Below are positions 11,242 to 24,900 of a stretch of 64,000 bases of DNA, one piece after another. The stretch covers positions 25,370,070 through 25,434,069 of the forward strand of contig NC_092671.1 of NCBI RefSeq assembly GCF_964355755.1, read 5' to 3'. The position numbers were made by a program, and so were the translations under genes. Each line of letters opens with the position of its first letter. Within the stretch, counting starts at the first letter, position 1. Source of the DNA: Antedon mediterranea. Lineage: Eukaryota; Animalia; Echinodermata. The notes beneath the pieces are model-generated. The model saw nothing but the letters and a program-made list of their open reading frames with translations, was not told the DNA's origin and ran no database searches.

Positions 11242-11740
11242 CAATCAATCAATCGTTCGATTTATATAGCGCCATTCCAACATTATTGCTCATGGCTCTG
11301 TAAAAAATCAGAAAAGGTGAGTTTTGAGTAGTGACTTTAATAAAGTGACTCAATAATGATGTGTGTTTAATGTTCAAGGGTAGGTGGTTCCAGAGCCTAG
11401 CCTAGCCTAGGTCCAGCAACACTGAAAGTCCGATCTCCCCAACTATGTTTGCTCCTTGGAATGTCCAGTAGCACCTGATGACTAGATCTTAGTTCTCGCT
11501 TTCCCTTCTTGACTGCCAACAATTCTGAGAGATATTTTGGAGTGCAACTATTTAGGCATCGGAACACCAGCAGCAGGATCTTAAATTTAACACGTGACTC
11601 CATGGGTAGCCAATTTAACTCTTTGAACAATGGTGTGACGTGATCATACTTCTTGGCACACATCACCAAGCGAGCTGCCCAATTTTGCACCTTCTGGAGA
11701 GTCCGCAACTGCTTCTTTGGCAGACCATACAGCAGGGAAT
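11242..11740 (-). mobile_element. 5'-truncated L2-clade LINE (ORF2 C-terminus plus 3' tail)
   Basis: LQKVQNWAARLV...HVTPLFKELNWLP...RVKFKILLL...GDRTFSVAGPRLWN, followed by GCGCTATATAAAT and a (GATT)n tail. Confidence 0.9.
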
Positions 11741-11935
11741 ACCCTACTACCCTACTACTACTAGTACTAGGCTAGCTAGTTAGGCCTAGCTAGCTAGGCT
11801 ACTCTACTACTCTAGTTAGTTAGCCTAGGCCAAACCTAAAATACTAGGTAGCTAGGCCCTAACTTCTAACTAGGCCTAGATAGTAGGCCTATAACTACTA
11901 CTAGCTAACTAGGCTAGCTAGGTAGTAGTAAGTAG
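11741..11935. repeat. Low-complexity TAG/CTA, TAGGCCTA, TAGCTAG array (similar arrays at 9535-9555, 10030-10145, 11180-11240)
   Basis: Composed almost entirely of CTA, TAGG, GCCTA and AGCT units. Confidence 0.8.
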
Positions 11936-12089
11936 ACTTCCATGCACAGCCACATGTTAAGGAATATGAATCTCTTTATGATTTTAATATGGTTCGAAAT
12001 GATATTACACAACAACGATTAGACAGCAACTGTGCAAGAGTCCAACTAATAAAATCGGAATGATCAATTAATTGAACATTTACAGCATA

Positions 12090-12450
12090 AGGCCCATACA
12101 CTAGGACGATAACGATCGACGATAAATAGACAAATGTGCATTTTTAATACATAAACCAAAAGAAATATAAACAATTCCTTTGATGAAAATTATATTTTCA
12201 CACGTCCAATCAAATGACGTCAAGATTAGTAAGACCAATAATATCGTGACAATACAGCGATTTTATTGTTTTTATTTATCATGACGTCATTTGATTGGAA
12301 TTTGAAAAACATTATTTTTATCAAAGACAGCATAAATGATTATCCTATAGGTCTATAACGAAAACCTTTCTAATTTCTTTTGGTTTATGTAAAAAAAATG
12401 CATGCTATATATTTATCGTCCGTCGTTATCGTCATAGTGTAATTAAGCCT
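12090..12450. mobile_element. Foldback MITE (PIF/Harbinger-like ends)
   Basis: AGGC..TACACTAGGACGATAACGA..GACGATAAATA ... TATTTATCGTCCGTCGTTATCGTCATAGTGTA..GCCT. The arms pair over about 150 bp. Confidence 0.75.
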
Positions 12451-13775
12451 TTATACAAAAAAAAAATAAATTGATTACGAAGTTACATGTCATTTTCACC
12501 TATCACCAAAAAACTAACCTTTTCAACACTAATTGTTACGAAGCCAATTTATGTTATATATTTCATTAAAACTGAACTTTACGGTAAATGAAGAGTAAGT
12601 ATCAGTTATCTAGTTATATTATTCATATTAACAGTTAATATGAATAATATAACTAGTAGGTCTATGAACTTGCGTCCAGACACAGAACTGTGACATTAGT
12701 ATCATAAATGTTGAAACCACTTATAAAACCTTTTTTTAAAGAAAATATAATTGTGTTAGGAGAAGGCTAATAAACAAATAGATAATGTGCAAACCTTTTT
12801 CTGGATTAATTAATGGAGCAGGCGTTCCTAATAATCTGCTGCTGCTACCTAGACTGATTGTTCACCTTCTGACGATAATTGATTGGACCCCCCCCACGGC
12901 ATCTGATAACCAAAAAAAAATTTACCAGGACTGTTTCAATGATTTAATATCTGACGGCGTATTATTATAACATTGGCCTAGATTGACAGTCAAAAGAAAG
13001 TCAATGTAAATACCTCCCTTTATGTTGACAGAGCCAAAATAAAGTTTTGACCATTATCGAATGATTATTTGACAGTGACCTATTATAATACCGGCCTGGT
13101 TGACAGCAAAAACGAAGTTATTATTTATTGAACAAGATTTTACAGATTTCCGTCTACATCTCAATAATACTGTATTATCAGCAAAGGCTTTCATATAGAC
13201 TCTCTTCTCCCAGACGTTTTTTAGGTCCAGCAGCTACCTATAAATTATAGTCGAGTTTCCAAATTCACAAGCGCGAAAATCTGTATCTGAATGGACCATG
13301 GATGGTAGAGATGTGGATTGTGGTGTGTTTTATTGAGTAGATTATTTAAGTAAGGTTTTTTTAAACATCGTATCGATATCAGCAGAAGCAGGTTCACTTA
13401 TGGTACAGTTATGTGTGCTTTTCTCCTTTGCCTCGTACGGTGTGCACCAACACCTCCCCCCACCCCCATATTTTGTGCCACTGTCTCTTTTCATGGTGCC
13501 TAATCTTTCAGTTACTTGGTGCAGCACATTCTCCTCTACTGCACTGCTGCTACTTAAGTTCTACTTTTACTCATTATCCGTTACATGATCACATTATCAG
13601 GTACAAAAGATAAGACAGCACTTTACACATATTTCAAAATTGTTAGGCCTATTTCAAAATCATACTATAATTACTAAGAAGCATGCAGTATTTGCACAAT
13701 CTGTTCTGTCATGCAAATCCTCCAGTGCATGTTAAGTTAGAACTCTCCTCTGATAATTCGATAAACCACTATTAA

Positions 13776-15784
13776 AGCTTAGGTACAGGCATGAATTTTA
13801 AATACAATATCTTGTTAATTGCACACAAATCAAATATTTGTTACAGAAATCAAGACGAAAAAACATGAATTTCCCTTTAAATGGTCAACTACAAAATTCG
13901 GCAAAATTCTGCTATAAAAACCAGGAGACTTTTTTTCAGGTTGTTACAACTCCCTGGTTTAACCTAATGTAATAACATGTCTGGTGACTCCCTAGAAGGT
14001 GACAAAAGATGGTAGATATACGGTGGATAATTTTTGATAGCATGAAAATAAAACTGAAGTTAAATAAAAATACCAGAAGTTATTTACGGTAATTTATTAT
14101 AACTTAACTGTTTATTTTTCATAGTTTTTTAAAAATGCCTCTCTATTTACAACATTTGTGTACAAAAGAATAGAGATTTTACTGTGTATTTTGAACTGGT
14201 TCACACAATAACCCCTGTATCAGGGGGATTACCACCTATCTGATAGGACACATAGCCTGGGTGCAGAACAATTATTATACACATTTGCGGGAAAAAAGTA
14301 TAGGAAAATTTTTTTTTGGTTTTTCTAATAGAGTATATCATATAGAATGTCAGAAAAAAAATCCCCATCCCAGGGTCTTGGGGAAAATTTTTTATGGCAC
14401 TTTTAAATTTTGGCCTATATAACACACACAAATTCCTATTAACATACACAAATACCTATATATAGGGGATAGGGAAAATCAATTAACAGTTTTTGTTACT
14501 TGCAGTTGTGTTTTAATGATTAAAATTAGTAGAGGCTTACTTTAATAACTACTTCTCATAGTAGTTGATGAATCAAGTCGATACGATGACATCATCATGC
14601 CAGAATCCAATATGGCGTCCGATTTGGCGGGAAAAACAGGGTATTGCTAAACCCCCGCAAACCCCTGGAAACCTAAAAAAAAAAACATAGAAAACCCCAC
14701 CGAACCGACATAAAAGTGATTGAATCATGGAGTGTACACCCCACTGGGTATGTCCATGTAAAAAAAATTAAAATTTCTACTGTTAACTACTTATTTTTGG
14801 GATAAAACGTCATTTTTTGGTTAAAAATTAGCAATCATTTTTTACCAAAAAATGATGTTTTACCCCAAAAATAAGTAGTTAACAGTAGAAATTTTATTTT
14901 TTTAAAACATGGATATACCCAGTGGGTCGTACACTACATGATTCAATCACTTTTATTATGTTGGTTCGGTGGGGTTTGCTATGTTTTTTTGGAGGTTTGC
15001 AGGGTTTAGCAATCATTTTTGACCAAAAAATGATGTTTTGCCCCAAAAATAAGTAGTTAACAGTAGAAATTTAATTTTTTTTTTTTCATGGATATACCCA
15101 GTGGGTCGTACACTACATGATTCAATCACTTTTATGTTGGTTCGGTGGGGGTTTGCTATGTTATTTTGGAGGTTTCCAGGGGTTTGCGGGGGTTTAGCAA
15201 TACCCTGTTTTTTCCGCCAAATTGGACGCCATATTGGATTCTGGCATGATGATGTCATTGTTATCGACTCGATTTATCAACTACTATGAGAAGTAGTTAT
15301 TAAAGTAAGCCTCAGCTAATTTTAATAATCATAACACAACTCCAAGTTAAAAAAACCGTGAATTGGTTTTCCCTATCCCCTATATATAGGTATTTGTGTG
15401 TGTTAATAGGCATTTGTGTGTGTTATATAGGCCAAAATTTAAAAGTGCCGTAAAAAATTTTCCCCAAGACCCTGGGATGGGGATTTTTTTTCTGACATTC
15501 TATATGGTATACTCTATCAGAAAAAAAAGAAAAAAATTTTCCTATACTTTTTTCCCGCAAAATTTGTACTGCACCCAGGCTAACATTGCCTAAAGACATA
15601 AAATAAAATAAAATAAATAAATAAAATAAACTATCCTCCCACTGATAAGGAAGTGCTTATTTTCAACAAGCTTGTGTAACACAAATAAAATCACAAAATT
15701 ATGAAACATAGGTGAAACTATAGATCGATGATTATTGGAATGTATAACTATAATCAATAGAAATATTTTGCCTGCACCTGGCCT
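13776..15784. mobile_element. Kolobok-like non-autonomous element (TTAA TSD) carrying a nested foldback element
   Basis: TTAA|AGCTTAGGTACAGGCA ... TGCCTGCACCTGGCCT|TTAA. The same right end recurs at 42048-42067. Confidence 0.55.
14255..15580. mobile_element. 1.3-kb foldback element with about 550-bp inverted arms and TA flanks
   Basis: TA|GCCTGGGTGCAG ... CTGCACCCAGGC|TA. 14284-14830 is the reverse complement of 15013-15561, and 14833-15012 is an extra partial copy of the right arm. Confidence 0.9.
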
Positions 15785-15998
15785 TTAAATACAATAATGT
15801 CCTTTGTAGTACAGTATATCCCATCATACTGTTACTGCTACTTACATATTGATACAGTACTTCTTGTGTTTTTCTAGGAAACGGGGAATATCAGGAAATA
15901 TGAGCAAGAGAAGTGAACACTAATAAACCTAAATTTAGGCTTATACCATGTACTACAGTACTGTCTGAATCAAGAGTACTCTACATGTGGCCAAAATA

Positions 15999-18900
15999 AT
16001 GACCAATCAGGATGGTGAACACGGAGCGTGCTCACAAAGATCTGACAATCTCCCCGTTCTTGATGACAGCATCTCATATGATGAGTTCTTTGAGAAGTTT
16101 ATGATTGCCAATCAACCTTGCTTGTTCAAAGGTACTATTAACCAATGGCGAAGCATAAAGGAATGGGTGGACAGTAATGGCAGGCCAAATTTTCAATACT
16201 TATCCCAACATTTTGGTATGTACATACCTATCTTTATACTGTACTACAATTTTAGAATGCTTGTTACAGAGTGCCATGGTTTCTTTCAATTTATTTAATT
16301 CCTAATTAATTTAATTATTAAAAGAAACCTTCCCTACAATTTGTGACGTTTTGTAAAAATAATACATTACTTTAAAAACATTAAACCAGGTCATTCCTTG
16401 TCTTAAATGTACGTTTTATGGTAAATTATGATAAAAAGTGAGAAACAATGCTCTACCTAAGTAGCTCGTGGCGAATGACCTCTCGTGGATGGTCTTTAGG
16501 CCTAGCCTAGCTAGGCTTAGTTTGTAGGCCTAGCTGGTAAACATCAGTAACGTACGAACATCGTACGCTAGTTATATACCTAGCCCGACGTTGTATAGTT
16601 GACAAGTTAGGAGAGTCTTCCATTTGTTTTGGCCTCACGATCGATCGAAAATTGTGTGAATTACAGAAGAAAAAAAAATATCAATGCGCACGCAATGCAT
16701 TTTGGGATTTATAACGGGCCGCTACAATTATTAGAATCAACTTATTTTTCACATTTTTAATCGTTTAAAGACGAAAAAAATTATCGCAATAGGACCATAT
16801 AGTATTATTTTTACATTAAATATAGTTTGTGATCTTAAATTAGATCTAAAAAACGTAAGGAAGGGGTCTTTAAGCAAGAGACTAAATCTTTGGTGATACA
16901 AAGCGGTAAGCAGTATCTGATCTACTATGAAAATAACTTTAAAATGTCTTAGTTTACTTTATAAATCCAGAGAGTCTCTGATAGATTATTTTTAATGGTG
17001 AGCCTACTACTGGAAGTACTTGACATTGCTAATATGTTTTTAGTTCCAGTTTGGCTGGAGCCTTTTTAATTCTGTTAAATCATTGTTAGCAAAGTCACTT
17101 CTAGGGTAATAACAGTCAACCAATATCAGACTCTCTGAAAACCATAAACTTTTCCAAAAAATGATCCTTCTTGATGTCCAATTATTTTTCACCAATAAAA
17201 ATGCATATCACATTTCTTGAAAACCATCCATGTTTTTGGTATTGGGAAATTTCTTGATACCTTACAACTAGTGACTACTTTTTTCATAAAGCACTGTAAT
17301 ATGATATTTTGTTACTAATGAATCTTTCCAATTAAAAAAATTGATACAGTATGCATCATGTTTACACAAATGATATGTAACTACTGTACAATCAATGCAA
17401 ACAGTGTAGAATCTCTGCTATGACTGACATACCTTTTTATCTTTACAATCTCAAACCACTATTAATGACACATAATGCATATTTTCACTGGAATGTAGTC
17501 AATCTTTCAACTTGACATGGTAGGCTAAGCATAGTATAATGTTACCTCCATTGTAATTAATAAGCATTTATTATTTGTATGCACATAATATTATTATTAA
17601 AACTAGTAACAGTACAAATTATGTTAATTGAAAATAGACAATTTCTAGCATTCTCTAATTAGAACGCTTCAACCCAATTCACTTTTGAATTTTGTTTGAT
17701 CTTCCGATTTATTACACGTGTTGATACATGCATAGCAAATCGTTAGAAATCTCGGGAGAAAAGTATATTTGATTACTATGATTGGTCAGTTTAATACCAG
17801 GGCAATACATGCACGGGCAATTCTCGGGAAATCTCAGAAAAAAATCAAGCCTCTCGTGGGTGTGTTTTTTCCTAGAAAATTGTTTTCCTGGTTACAAGTT
17901 GTTACTTTTGTTAGGTGTGAAAAGGGTATTAAGTCATACAGTAATACTCTTTTCAATAACACACTTTTGCAAATTGTCATTTTTTCTAGGTGATACCACA
18001 GTTCCAGTTTCCAACTGTGGGAAAGAACAGTATGGTTCTCAACCAAAAGCAGACATGCTAATGAGGGACTTTATCAAATACTGGCAGGAATATATTGAAG
18101 AAGATTACAATGAGAACAAAAGATGTCTCTATCTTAAAGATTGGCATTTCACCAAGTAGGTTTCTGAGAGGGTACACTAGCTTCAATGCTTTAAATTCGC
18201 ATTGTTTATTATGAAATTATACAAATCAAAACAACATTGATATAAAAAAAACAAGTGTTAATTTTTATGGACCGCATTTCTGCTAAGTTTGCCCTTCCTA
18301 AAAATGTTTCAAAATCAGTGGGGTCGTTGAAAACTGATAACATTACCCGACAACATTTAAGATTCTACAGTTTTACTTGATCCAAGGTCAAAGGTGATCA
18401 ATAATAATAACCATCATTTTGCTTTATAAAGCTAAAAGTTGTAATTTATTGATAATTGCTAGTATAAAATAATCTTAAACAGGCCCGGCAGTAGTTATTT
18501 ACACAATTGATTGTTTTTCAAATACACAAACAATTTGGGTAAAGTACATAAGTACTCGGGGTACCCGAGTCTAGGACTTACTCATTTTCTCCTCCTCTTC
18601 TTCCCCCATCTGGACACTATTGAGTAAAAAGTGCGATTTTTAAAGTACTACTCCTCCCTTATTCGTTGTAGTATTGAGCTGGGATTTGGCATGAATATGC
18701 TACAGGGACATGTCCTCAAAGCTATAGAGCCGGATTTTTAATTTTCAAACCGAATGCAGCCATATGACGTCTCGAAGATGGTACCATATAGCCGTATTTG
18801 GTAGGTCATTGATGTGTATGTGACGTCACATCCCGTCTTATGACGTCATTACAGCTTCATTTGCTGTACCCCGAGTATCGCACATTCATTAATTAATTTG

Positions 18901-21900
18901 TTTAATTAAGAAGCCACAATGTGTGACACACACCACAGCGTTATGTAGTTATATGCGGCTTCTTGGCGTAGTGGTTATCACGTCTACTTAACACGTAGAA
19001 GGTCCCTGGTTCAAGCCTGGGCAAAACTTTTTTTTTTTAACTTTATGGTGAAAAGTACTGTATACGCAATATGATATAAAATATCTTATTTTTGTTATTT
19101 CTTGAAATACTTATTTTATGTAATCGGTAATTATCACTTTTACACATGTTTATTTTGCTTTGTGCTTATTACCATATTTATTTGTAATTTAAATGGATTA
19201 AAAAACTTTGTGTAACCCACATTTTTGGTGTAAGAGGTTTTGTAGTGTAGTGGTTGTCAAGTCTGCATAACACGCAGAAGGCCGGTCCCCGGTTCGAGTC
19301 CACCTGGCGAAACCTATTTTTCTTAAACTTAATGGTGAAATATACTGTACACGTAATAATAGAGTATATCTCGTTTTATTACTCTGGGTACCTGAGTCTA
19401 GGACTCTCTCAACTTTTCCTCTTCTTCTTCCATCCGGACACTGTTGAGCAAAAAGTGCGATTTATAAAGTACTACTCCTCCCTTATTCGTTGTAGTATTG
19501 AGGTTGGATTTGGCATGAATATACCACAGGGACATGTCCTCAAAGCTAGAGCCGGATGCAGCCATGTGCACGTCTCGAAGATGGTACCGTATAGCCGTAT
19601 TTGGTAGCGAAGTTATTGATGTGTATGTGACGTTACATCCGATCTTATGACGTCATTACAGCTTCTTTTGCTGTACCCCGAGTATCGCACATTCGTGCTT
19701 GTTTTTAACTATTTTACTATTAGTATTATTTTAGTAATTATTTAAAAAAATAAAAGAAATTTATATGAACAGTGACAGCGCCCTCTTGTATTAAAGTCTC
19801 AATACACACAGCAATTATAGTAGAAAACCTTTTATGTGCTTTTAGGTTAAAGATAACAACTTTAGAGCGTAAGGGCCCCCATGTGTTGTGGTATTAAGGA
19901 AAGCCCTTATACAAGCTTTTTATTGAATTCCAGTTTCATTATGTTGAATTTAAAATATTTTAAGTGACCACTCATTTAAGAGAATGGAATTGAAATGAAA
20001 GCCTATTTCTCTTTGTGATGGGATAAATGATATTGCATATAATCGTGTAATAGTATATAAATCATATAGGAGGGGGTGGGGGTAAATGTACCTCCCTTAA
20101 CCACACCCACCCTCCTCCTTCCCCGGCAAAATAAAAAAAAATTATAAAAGTTATTAAATTATAAGGGCCAACAATTTTGAATAAGGGCAACCATCCTTTA
20201 AGTTCAACTGGCCCTTCCAGCCCTGGTTATACAGTAATTGTTTATTTTTCACATTTTTTGTTTGTTTTATTTATTATTCATTCACATCCTGTTGAAAAAT
20301 AATGGTCTTTTCTCACTTAATTTAACCTTTATTTACCTATAATAGACCAACATGTATAATCATACAATTAAAGGTCAAAACTTCTATAATAAATGTATCG
20401 TCACTTGCATGATAAGTGATTATTTCTGAGAGCATTCAATCAGACGTCGGTAAATGAGATGATGATGTGGTATCCAAGATTGATTGTGGTAGTAAACTTG
20501 AATACAAGACAACTGTTTATCCCTTCATTAGTAGGTGAATTAAGAGTGCTGGACTTGTAGTCGGCATTTGTCTTTTGTTAATGAGACTGCATCATTAATC
20601 TTACAAGGGCCATATAAACTTAGAATGTCTTATTTTATAGAATTCTTGTGACCTTTCCCAATTCTGCTTTATGATAATGACAGATAGATTAATTCATTAC
20701 TTTCATTCATTAATGATGCTTTCAAAATTTTCTTCTTGATTTTATTATTGAAGTTTTGCATTAGTAATATACTGTAATTGTCCAGTCAGTCTAGAGATAT
20801 TTAGAGGAAACCCACCACCAATTGCAATAATAATAATAATATGTCGATCTTATAATAATGCAACTAAAGCACTTCACATTATTACCCCAGTAATGTTTTG
20901 GATTAAACACGTCTGGAAACATACTCACATGATGTTACAGTCAGTAATCAACGCAGTTGTGTTTTGACCAGATACTAATTTGTACACCTACAGTAGGAGG
21001 AGAGACTAGGTGGCATAGCATTACAAGAAAAGAGACTTATGTACGTTATCCTCTTGTAAAGCATATTCCACTGCCAAACAGTAACATCGTGCAGCTCACT
21101 AATTATCTGTTTTTTCTGTAACATTTCAATTTGCCTTCAACTTTATATTTTCCTTTATAGGATATTTCCTGACTATAATGCTTATGAAACACCTGTGTAT
21201 TTTACGTCTGACTGGTTGAATGAATTCTGGGATTGTACAAGGCAAGACAGCAAATCATGTGACGATTATCGCTTTGTTTATATGGGCCCAAAAAATTCAT
21301 GGTAAGTTTCTATAGTATTGTTCAAATATGAAATTGTATTGAATTACAAAGTATTGATCTTGTTGAGTGCATTGCTTGCCCATCAAAAATAAATGTCATA
21401 CTAAAAAGCACCCATGTTCATGAAAATAATGCCATGGCTATGAATGTATAAGAATGGTGCTGAATTTGAGAAACTGGATGGTACCATCTAGTTCGTGCCC
21501 ACAGATGGTTCTCGAATACATAGTAATTTCAGCATAAAAAAACTGGCGATTTCAAATGTACGTACGGCAGAACTTAAAAAAATATTTGTTTACAGAAACA
21601 AATAAATAGACACAATGATTTATGTAGTCAACCAAAATTAGCACCTAGAAACTTGTCACAAAATGAGTCCAAATTTTTTATTTGGACTCATTTAAACAAA
21701 CCCAATTTGTGTTTTGTATCTAACATTAGGGTTGGGGATGAGGATAGGTACAAAGAGGAACAATTTTTAAATATATTTTTTATATTAAATTATTCTTTGT
21801 ATTTCTTTATTATCCACTCAGTAACGAAATATTTTTTTTTTATAGGCCTATAAATAATATACCACTAAATAGAGTAAAACATTTCCGATTTAATACTTTG

Positions 21901-24900
21901 TTAAAACTGTCCGACTGTCTCATAGTCGATTGAAATAGTAAAGTACATTTAAAGACCACTACTACGTTTATATTTTTGTAATTATTAATTAATACAAACG
22001 TTGAGAAGCAACTGTCAGTAATAAAATATTATATTGTTATGTGTTTATAATCTAAAAGTATGCGCTACCCACACTCACAGTAATAAAGTTTATTAGTATA
22101 TTTGTTTATATTACTAACAGTACCAACACACTTTTGATTCAAATGGCGATCAAAAGTGGTTAATACAGTACCTATTTGCAGTATTGTATAGCATTACAAT
22201 ACTATTTATGTTTATTCTCCAAGGGTCCATACATTTACCTACTTGTGTTAAACCATGGAGGTATGTAAGTATGGTTAAACCAAATAATTTGGAATGTTCC
22301 ATTCATTGCAAATCAATACATTTGTATAAACGTATATTAAATCTATCAAAATAGTATTTTTTAAAGAAAATCGATCTGTCTTCAACATTATGATGCTGTA
22401 CTCGAGCTGTTCAACCGGTTTTCAGCCATTAAAAACATTATCGTAGGAGGAGATAGGAAAATGCGAAGCATCCTCGTATTATTGTATGCAGGTATTTTTC
22501 ACGATGGACATGCAGTAGACAGTGTATACCACGTTCGGGAAAACACCCCTATTTGGGGCAAATCGTTGAACCTAAATTCGATTTAATTGTCAATAACTAA
22601 TTATCTAACTTAATTTAATTAGTAAACAGGGTTACATCAGGTGGTTAAAATCAGTATCGAAAGTACGAACCAACTTTATATACCATCGAGTAAACATTCT
22701 AGAAGTAATGCGCGATTTACCGAATTTTGCCCTTACGTAAATTTATATATAGATGAAGCTTTGGGTTTCTTTTTCTGCCATTAATGAGCCATTCTATCTT
22801 TGCAACAGGATTGTCGTTAGCTGTCATAAACACCATAAAACATAATATAAAATAAGATGATAAAGATGGGCATTGCTTGTAGGAGACAAGCATTTCTAAT
22901 TTGTGTAATTAGTTATAAAAATAATAAATTTATTTTTATTTTTTAAATTTTTCTGATATTAAAAATGTACATTGTGATATAACAATTAAAATGATTATTT
23001 TAGACTGATTAAAATAATATTGCAATTTCTTTATGGCAGTGAATAACAAAGTGATATTGTTTGTCAACATGTCGCTGATATCAGTAATGACCGGGAGGCG
23101 GTCCGGATCATGGGATGACACTAAGTGTCAATTCCATGAAGATGTTTCAAATCAAGAGAAAGTACCCATGTTCATGAAAATGATGCCTTTGCTATGATTG
23201 TCTGATTTGGGAAATTAAACTCTGGTGACTATTCTCTGTGAGATGATATGGCACTTCCTTTCTTTGCAGCAGGAGTGTTGTTCAGCTTAAAGATGTCAAA
23301 TAGTGTATTTACTTACAGACTGAACCAAGGTCTTTCTTTCACCATTATAATGTACAAGAACATTTCTTATAGCGATATCATATGTGAACGATCCTACAGT
23401 ATGTGCTTGCATTATTTGGACTGCCCCTGCTATTTCTAGTGCTATGTGGAGACCACCTGAAAGAATAAGTTGTGAGTTTTCAGATTAGATGGCTTTAAAT
23501 AGAGTCACAAACTCAACGCGCTCTGGATGTCCAACATACTAAATATTCTTTTCTTTGAATAAAGCTTTCTTGCAAATTGTTTACATGAAAGATCATCTGC
23601 TTTCTCTCCAAGTATAACTAAATACTTGTACATCAATTGCTTAAAGGGCTATCTGAAGAATTTAGTCGATTTAACGATACTTCTCCGTTGCTGGAAACTT
23701 TATCAGAGTCATCTGAGAAATATAAACAATGAGATTTCTTTTATAAATAATATCATTGCTGGAAAAATTTAAAAGTTTACTTGTAATGGGTATAAATATT
23801 CCACTGCTTTCATTGGAAGATTTGTTGGTAAGAATCAAGAGATGATCAGGCAGGATTAAGTTGTTAAGCTGAAACTAAGAGAAAGTCGGCCAATGTCATA
23901 GTACAAGGCCATTCTTCAAGTATAGCCCAATGTTTCGCTATGCTGGCCAGTGCTCTGGTACGAGGTACACAAGATTTCTTTCCAATCTCTGGTGAATGAA
24001 TCTTCCGAAGTCATGATGTCGCCATCATAAACATTCATATCAATAAGGGCCAATTCTGCTTTTTCATTTTCTGGTAAGGTGATAATGATTACTTAAGAAA
24101 TTGTGATTCAATTGGTGCATAGAGCATTTTGAAGGCAAGTGATGTTATGATAATGTCGGACCGATATTGTGCTGGCAATGGTTGGCACAAAGATCATAAT
24201 TTCAAAATTGGTCTGTTATGGTTGACAATTATGTAAATTACAACACACCAGTTTTTATGAACTGCTCCCATATACCATCATGATCATAGTGGGAGATGGC
24301 AGAGAGATTAAATCTCCATTCTGTTGTATTTTGTGATAGCCATTCTTTAAATGGGGTCTTGTATGTCATTTAAGCACGAGTAAAGTGTTGGCAGTATGTA
24401 CAATTTCAATCTGGATGGCTCTTGGGGCTAAACATGTAAACAATAAACCATATCTCTCAACCAGACTCCTTCCTCGCAAATCCTTAAAAGGCTTGAACAT
24501 CCATCTTTTGGCAGAGAGGCCAACTTTTGTAGCTGCTTAGATAGATCTGACTGCAATTGTGATCAATCATGGAACATTTTCATTCGAGACCACCTTTAGT
24601 GGGCTGTATGGTAGGCAACTACATTCCAAAGCAACAATCCAATGTCTTAATCCTAACTGCAACCTGGTCCCTTATTACTGTAGGTGATTCCATCTGTCAA
24701 TGTCACTTTGAAAGCACCCATGTCCACGAAAATGATGCCAAAGATATGATTGTCTGATTTGGGAAATTAAACTCTGGTGACTGTTCTCTGTGAGAGAATA
24801 TGGCACATCCTTTTTTTGCAGCAGGAGTGTTGTTCAGCTTAAACATGTCAAATGTCCTGTGTGCTTGCATTATTTGAACTGCCCCTGCTATTTCTAGTGC

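Noticed and set aside
14201-15593. Paired near-identical short ORFs (14201-14449, 15396-15593, 15013-15289)
   Set aside because: These are by-products of the inverted arms of a foldback element, with no protein homology recognised.
18957-19315. Functional tRNA-Val genes
   Set aside because: Copy 1 has an unpaired acceptor stem, and copy 2 has insertions in the variable loop and T stem.
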